In this document: in pieces, positions 59,482-64,000 of the stretch
How the letters are laid out: each line of letters opens with the position of its first letter
Numbering within the stretch: the stretch's first letter is position 1
Source of the DNA: Candidatus Aminicenantes bacterium
GTDB taxonomy: Bacteria > Acidobacteriota > Aminicenantia > Aminicenantales > UBA4085
Reading direction: 5' to 3'
Assembly (NCBI GenBank): GCA_026393895.1
Contig: JAPKZG010000055.1
Coordinates: 101-64,100, forward strand
DNA: 64,000 nt
Made by a program: the position numbers and the translations under genes
Notes under the pieces: model-generated
What the model was told of the DNA's origin: nothing
The model's database searches: none
The model's input: only the letters and a program-made list of their open reading frames with translations

Positions 59482-61587
59482 ATGTATCAGAAATCCGTAT
59501 TCATATCTGTCGCGGCGGCCGTTCTGGCCGTTTGTTTTATCTTCGGTGTAGCCGGGGCCGCTTCCCCCCTGAAAACGAAGCTTCCCGCGGTATATCAAAA
59601 ATGGCTGGACGAGGAGGTTGTGTATATCATCTCGTCCCTAGAACGGGATGTTTTCCTCAAGCTCCAATCGGACCGGGAACGCGATCTTTTCATCGAAACG
59701 TTCTGGAAGCGTCGCGACCCTGTCCCGGTGACCCCCGAAAACGAGTTCAAGATCGAACATGAACGCCGCCTCGCATATGCCAATAAATATTACGGGCGGA
59801 CGGTGCCGAAACCCGGCTGGAAAACCGACCGCGGCCGCATGTATATCATCCTCGGGGAACCGAACGACATCGCTCACTATTACGGGAAAACCGGAATCTA
59901 CGATACCGAAGTCTGGTTTTACCAGGAAAAGGACGAAACTAAGATGCTGGGACTGCCTCCCGGGTTCAACCTGGTCTTTTTCCAGGAAGGATCCGTCGGA
60001 GACTTCAAACTCTACAGCCCAACCCAGGATGGGCCGATGGCGATTCTTCAGGACTATCGAGGGGATCCCCGGGATTACGAGAAAGCCTACAAGAACCTCC
60101 AGGAAATCGACTTCAATCTGGCCAGCGCCTCGATGTCGCTGATTCCCGGGGAAACCTATGGCGCTTCCGGGCGTCCCTTGATGACTTCGGACATCCTCCT
60201 CCAAAAAATCGAGACGTCGGCCGCCGACCGGGTCGACGACAAATACGCGGCCAAGTTCCTAGAATACAAGGACATCGTCGAAGTCGAATACAGCACGAAT
60301 TACCTGGACAGTGACGGCTCGATGATCGTGCTTCGCGATCCTTCCGGGCTTTATTTCGTTCACTACGCGATCGAACCGGCGCGGCTTTCCATCGCCTCCG
60401 TCGGGCTCGAATACGCCACCATGCTCCGCCTCAACGGCTCCGTTTCCTCCGCCGACGGCCGGCCCGTTTATCAATTCGAAAAAACGGTCGGCGTCCGAAT
60501 GGACGAATCGCAGAAAAACGAGTTGGGACGGATGCCGTTCATGGTCCAGGATCTTTTCCCCTTGATCCCCGGGACCTACAAGGTTTCCATTCTCCTCAAG
60601 AACGAAGCGTCCAAGGAATTCTGTTCGTTCGAGCGGACGGTCGTCGTCCCCGGCCCCGATTCCGGAATCGGGATCACGGCGCCTCTTCTCGGATACCGGA
60701 CCCAGCCGGCCGATCCGGAGCGGCACAACCTCAAGCCGTTTCGGTTCGGCGCGACGCTGGTCTATTTTCAGCCGAACCGGACGCTCACCAAGTCGGATCA
60801 GATCGTCCTGGCCTTCCAGGCCCTCGGTCTCGATGAAACCTCCCTCCGGAAAGCCCGTCTCCGGTTCGAAATCACCCGGGATGCCGCCCCGGTCAAGGAT
60901 TGGGAGCGGGATCTTTCCGGCTGTCCGGACCTTCCGTTCGTCGTCGAATCGATTCCCGCGGACGATTTGGCGCCGGCCCTCTACACCGTGAAGATCCGCC
61001 TTCTCGTCGACGGGCGGGAAATCGCCGCGTCCGGCGAAGAGTTCGCCCTGACCCCTCTGGAAACGGTCCCCCGGCCGTGGATCCGCGCGAAGTTGATGCC
61101 GGACGGTGGGGATCCCTCCTATGACGGGATCCTGGGCCGGCAATTCGAGGCCGCCGGCCGGCCGGCCGAGGCGCGGGTTCTGTTGGAAAAAGCGAACGCC
61201 GAGGGTCTGACCCTTCCTGATAACATCCTGGCCCTGGCCCGGGTTTATTTTCAAGCCGGGGAATATCCGGCCGCCGCTTCCCTCCTCAATCCTTTTCTTT
61301 CCGAAGGGGCGGAGGCGGTATATGAAATCTGGATTTTGGCCGCGGAATCGCGTTTGAAGGCCGAAGATTTCGCCGGGGCCGTCGATGTCCTGGACCGGGC
61401 GATGGCCCGGTTCGGGGTCAACCCCGTCCTCCTGAACCTGTTGGGGGACGGATATCTCGGACTGAACCGCCCGGCCGACGCCCGGGCCGCCTGGGAGCGT
61501 TCATTGGGCTTGAACTCCGACCAACCGGACCTTCGGAAAAAACTGGACGCTCTCAAATCGCGAGCCCCGGTTTCGGACGTGGATTGA
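59482..61587 (+). CDS. GWxTD-domain protein with C-terminal TPR repeats
   Basis: Signal peptide; GWKTDRGRMYIILGEP GWxTD motif; TPR-like C-terminus. Confidence 0.8.
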   Translation: MYQKSVFISVAAAVLAVCFIFGVAGAASPLKTKLPAVYQKWLDEEVVYIISSLERDVFLKLQSDRERDLFIETFWKRRDPVPVTPENEFKIEHERRLAYANKYYGRTVPKPGWKTDRGRMYIILGEPNDIAHYYGKTGIYDTEVWFYQEKDETKMLGLPPGFNLVFFQEGSVGDFKLYSPTQDGPMAILQDYRGDPRDYEKAYKNLQEIDFNLASASMSLIPGETYGASGRPLMTSDILLQKIETSAADRVDDKYAAKFLEYKDIVEVEYSTNYLDSDGSMIVLRDPSGLYFVHYAIEPARLSIASVGLEYATMLRLNGSVSSADGRPVYQFEKTVGVRMDESQKNELGRMPFMVQDLFPLIPGTYKVSILLKNEASKEFCSFERTVVVPGPDSGIGITAPLLGYRTQPADPERHNLKPFRFGATLVYFQPNRTLTKSDQIVLAFQALGLDETSLRKARLRFEITRDAAPVKDWERDLSGCPDLPFVVESIPADDLAPALYTVKIRLLVDGREIAASGEEFALTPLETVPRPWIRAKLMPDGGDPSYDGILGRQFEAAGRPAEARVLLEKANAEGLTLPDNILALARVYFQAGEYPAAASLLNPFLSEGAEAVYEIWILAAESRLKAEDFAGAVDVLDRAMARFGVNPVLLNLLGDGYLGLNRPADARAAWERSLGLNSDQPDLRKKLDALKSRAPVSDVD

Positions 61588-61660
61588 CTTTCGGGTGAAA
61601 GATTTTATAATTTATCGGTATTAAATCCATGGAGATCGTCAAAAAAGAGGGAGCGGGCGA

Positions 61661-62350
61661 TTGAAAGCGAAACCGTTGCTCAACATCAAATCTTTGAAGG
61701 AACAAGTCTATGAATTTTTACGTGACGCGATGCGCCGGGGCGAGATTCTTCCCGGGTCCGTCATCGACATGGAGGAAACCTCCGTCCGTTTGGGCGTGAG
61801 TAAAACGCCGCTCCGGGACGCGCTCCTTCAATTGGAGATGGAAGACTTCGTCACCATCCTCCCGCGGCGGAAGGTCGTGGTCAATGTCCTCCGCCCGGAG
61901 GACATCAAGAACTACTACGAAATCATCGGGGCGCTGGAAAGCACGGCCCTGCTTCAATCGTTCGACCTCCTCGGGGAGGCCGATCTCGAGAACATGGGCC
62001 GGCTCAACGTCGAGATGAAGGAAGCCATCGAGCGGGACAATTTCGACCTCTATTACGAAAGAAACCTCGCCTTTCACGACGTTTTTCTCTCCCGATGCGG
62101 AAACGAGAATCTTTTGAAAATCATCAACAACCTGAAGCGGCGGTTGTATGATTTCCCGCGCCAGCAGGGGTTCGTCAAGGAATGGGAGCAGACCTCGATC
62201 GGGGAACATGCCGCGTTTCTCGGCCTGATCAAATCCGGGGAAAAAGATGAGGCGGCCGCGCACATCCGGGACGTTCATTGGTCCTTTGCCCTCCAGGAAA
62301 AGTATGTTTTAAAGTATTACCTTCGCGCGTCGGAGGTCTTGAAAGGCTGA
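61661..62350 (+). CDS. GntR-family transcriptional regulator (FadR/FCD C-domain)
   Basis: wHTH (EETSVRLGVSKTPLRDAL) plus an FCD-like domain. TTG start. Confidence 0.8.
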   Translation: MKAKPLLNIKSLKEQVYEFLRDAMRRGEILPGSVIDMEETSVRLGVSKTPLRDALLQLEMEDFVTILPRRKVVVNVLRPEDIKNYYEIIGALESTALLQSFDLLGEADLENMGRLNVEMKEAIERDNFDLYYERNLAFHDVFLSRCGNENLLKIINNLKRRLYDFPRQQGFVKEWEQTSIGEHAAFLGLIKSGEKDEAAAHIRDVHWSFALQEKYVLKYYLRASEVLKG

Positions 62351-62418
62351 CCTTCGAGTTGGTTTTCCGACTTGAATTTTCCGGGCGTTCGGTTTAAGTT
62401 GACTTCCAGGAGTTTCCC

Positions 62419-63441
62419 ATGAAAACAACCCCCGCATTTCGTCCGGCGATCCTGATCCTGGCGGCCGTGATTCTGGCCGCCCTCGGGCTGACCTTCGGCT
62501 GCACGCTCTATCGAATGGAACGAGACCTCCCCGAGCGCTACGCCGAATTTTTAAGCGACGTCCGCTACCTGATCACCGCCGCCGAGCGGAAAACGTTCCT
62601 GTTCACGCCGGATTCCGGCAAGGACCGATTCATCGAGGAGTTCTGGCTGCGGCGCGATCCGGATCCGGAGACGCCCGACAACGAGATCCGGACCGAATAT
62701 TATAGCCGGATTTCGCAGGCCAACGTATTGTTCCGGACGGAGGGGGTGAAGGGATGGTTATCGGACCGGGGCCGGATTTATATTCTTTACGGCCCTCCCC
62801 AGGAGCAGAGAGTCCTGACCATCGCCGAAACTTCAAAGTCGAATTGCCGGGAAGTATGGTATTACAACGGCTTTCCGGTCGCGTTTGTCGACGAAGCATG
62901 CTCGGGCAATTTTCGTTTAGCGACATTCGACCTGACTCCCATCAAGGATCTCAGCCTGAATCAACCCCTTTTAACCGCCGGGCCGGGCGATACGGAAGGA
63001 CGGGGAGGCCGTCCTGGAGAGCCCGGGCAACCGGGGAGCTTCTCCCGGGGTGCCCGGCCGATGTTGGATTTTACCGCGGATATCCGGCAGACGGTCCGGC
63101 GGGCAGACCGGGTGGAAGGCGTGCTCCATCTCGAAATCCCGATCCGGTTGATCTGGTTCAAGTCCGAAAGCGGCCGGTTCCTCACGACCTTCGAAGTCTT
63201 CCTCCGGGTCAAGGACTCGCAAAAGGGCGTGGTTTTGGAGAAAACCGACTCCGCGGAGGTGAATTACCCGGAGGGCGAAATCCGCGCCAAGAGCGAAGAC
63301 CTCCACGTGATTGAAATCCCGATCCTGATCGACCAGGCGGAATCCGTCGCCCGACTCGCGTCCGCTCCGGTGACCCTGGACGTGCGGCTGACGAATAAAA
63401 CAGGGCCCGAATCCGTAAGCAAAACGATCGATTGGAAATAA
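62419..63441 (+). CDS. GWxTD-domain lipoprotein
   Basis: Lipobox LGLTFGC; GWLSDRGRIYILYGPP motif. Confidence 0.75.
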   Translation: MKTTPAFRPAILILAAVILAALGLTFGCTLYRMERDLPERYAEFLSDVRYLITAAERKTFLFTPDSGKDRFIEEFWLRRDPDPETPDNEIRTEYYSRISQANVLFRTEGVKGWLSDRGRIYILYGPPQEQRVLTIAETSKSNCREVWYYNGFPVAFVDEACSGNFRLATFDLTPIKDLSLNQPLLTAGPGDTEGRGGRPGEPGQPGSFSRGARPMLDFTADIRQTVRRADRVEGVLHLEIPIRLIWFKSESGRFLTTFEVFLRVKDSQKGVVLEKTDSAEVNYPEGEIRAKSEDLHVIEIPILIDQAESVARLASAPVTLDVRLTNKTGPESVSKTIDWK

Positions 63442-63447
63442 AGGAAC

Positions 63448-64000
63448 CTAGATTCCGAGTTTGACCCCGATCCGGAACTGGCGGACGCCGTAGAGATTCA
63501 CCGTCCGGCCGTAGACGCTCGGGACGGTGTACGTCGCGGGCGTCTTTCGTTCATCGAGGATGCCGGCCGGATCCTTAACGATCGTTTGGGTGTTCCGGCC
63601 GGTCGCGTTGAACACATCCACCATCACGCTCAACTGAGCTCCTTTTTTCAGGTTGAAGCTTTTTTCCAAATGCAGGTCGAGGCAGGCGACGGCCGGAGCC
63701 CGGTTCGTCCCCCAGGGTTCGGCGAACACCGTGACGGACGGTTCCCGCGTTCCGTAGCCCATATATCCGGCCGGAAAATAAACGGTGATGGTCCGCGCCC
63801 AAGGCGCGCCGGAATAGTATTGGAAAAACGCGCTGAAGGAGACGTTGAAGGGGAACAGATAGGTTCCCGAGAGCTTGGCCTGGATGGGCCGGTCGTACGC
63901 CAGCGGGCCTTCGGTATGGGTCAGGGAATTGGGATCATTGAAAAGAGTAGTCCGGTTGAGCCGGCCGGCGGCGGCGAAATCGGATGTCCCCCGCAGGGAA
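63448..64000 (-). CDS. TonB-dependent receptor / outer-membrane beta-barrel, C-terminal part (N-terminus lies beyond the window end)
   Basis: Continuous minus-strand frame to the window edge; ...YGVRQFRIGVKLGI end, and VDVFNATGRNTQ resembles the other receptor in the window. Confidence 0.7.
   Translation of the reverse strand, partial: SLRGTSDFAAAGRLNRTTLFNDPNSLTHTEGPLAYDRPIQAKLSGTYLFPFNVSFSAFFQYYSGAPWARTITVYFPAGYMGYGTREPSVTVFAEPWGTNRAPAVACLDLHLEKSFNLKKGAQLSVMVDVFNATGRNTQTIVKDPAGILDERKTPATYTVPSVYGRTVNLYGVRQFRIGVKLGI

Overview
The window is a high-GC (~62%) bacterial chromosomal segment with dense housekeeping content. Its traits (GWxTD proteins, TonB-dependent receptors with carboxypeptidase-regulatory-like domains, a fused LptF-LptG) fit an Acidobacteria-like lineage. 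I found no CRISPR array, no transposase or integrase, and no rRNA. Clearly supported genes include lipA (partial), rpsU, pgeF, purC, cvpA, groES-groEL with CIRCE-like operators, a fused lptF/lptG, mltG-ruvX-ddl, HU, tRNA-Gly(GCC) and tRNA-Cys(GCA), pyrF, pyrD, pyrK, a Ser/Thr kinase-TPR protein, an aminotransferase, pyruvate phosphate dikinase, an HcnAB/OoxA-like flavoprotein pair, an HDAC-like enzyme, a Tat-exported class V PLP enzyme, an aminopeptidase P, an alginate-export porin, an SSS transporter, a GME-like epimerase, plsC, a DAG-kinase-like protein, an ABC-2 exporter, and LacI- and GntR-family regulators. The regions I consider most worth follow-up are: (1) a type IV minor-pilin operon ending in a ~1190-aa PilY1-like adhesin that carries FG-GAP/Ca-binding repeats and is split into three ORFs by two frameshifts, both at A-homopolymers; (2) a 700-bp ORF-free control region upstream of a TonB-dependent receptor, with an 18-bp perfect palindrome over the promoter, further TGTGT-N6-ACACA and TACGATAACA repeats, hairpins that could terminate either strand, and a 12-codon leader ORF; (3) two GWxTD-domain paralogs flanking a GntR regulator beside an AT-rich island; (4) a family of GC-rich palindromic intergenic repeats; (5) several consensus sigma70 promoters that appear to drive leaderless or near-leaderless mRNAs; and (6) a promoter-plus-terminator unit with no ORF (candidate sRNA) at about 11.3 kb. 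All calls rest on reading the sequence and recalling protein families; no database search was run.
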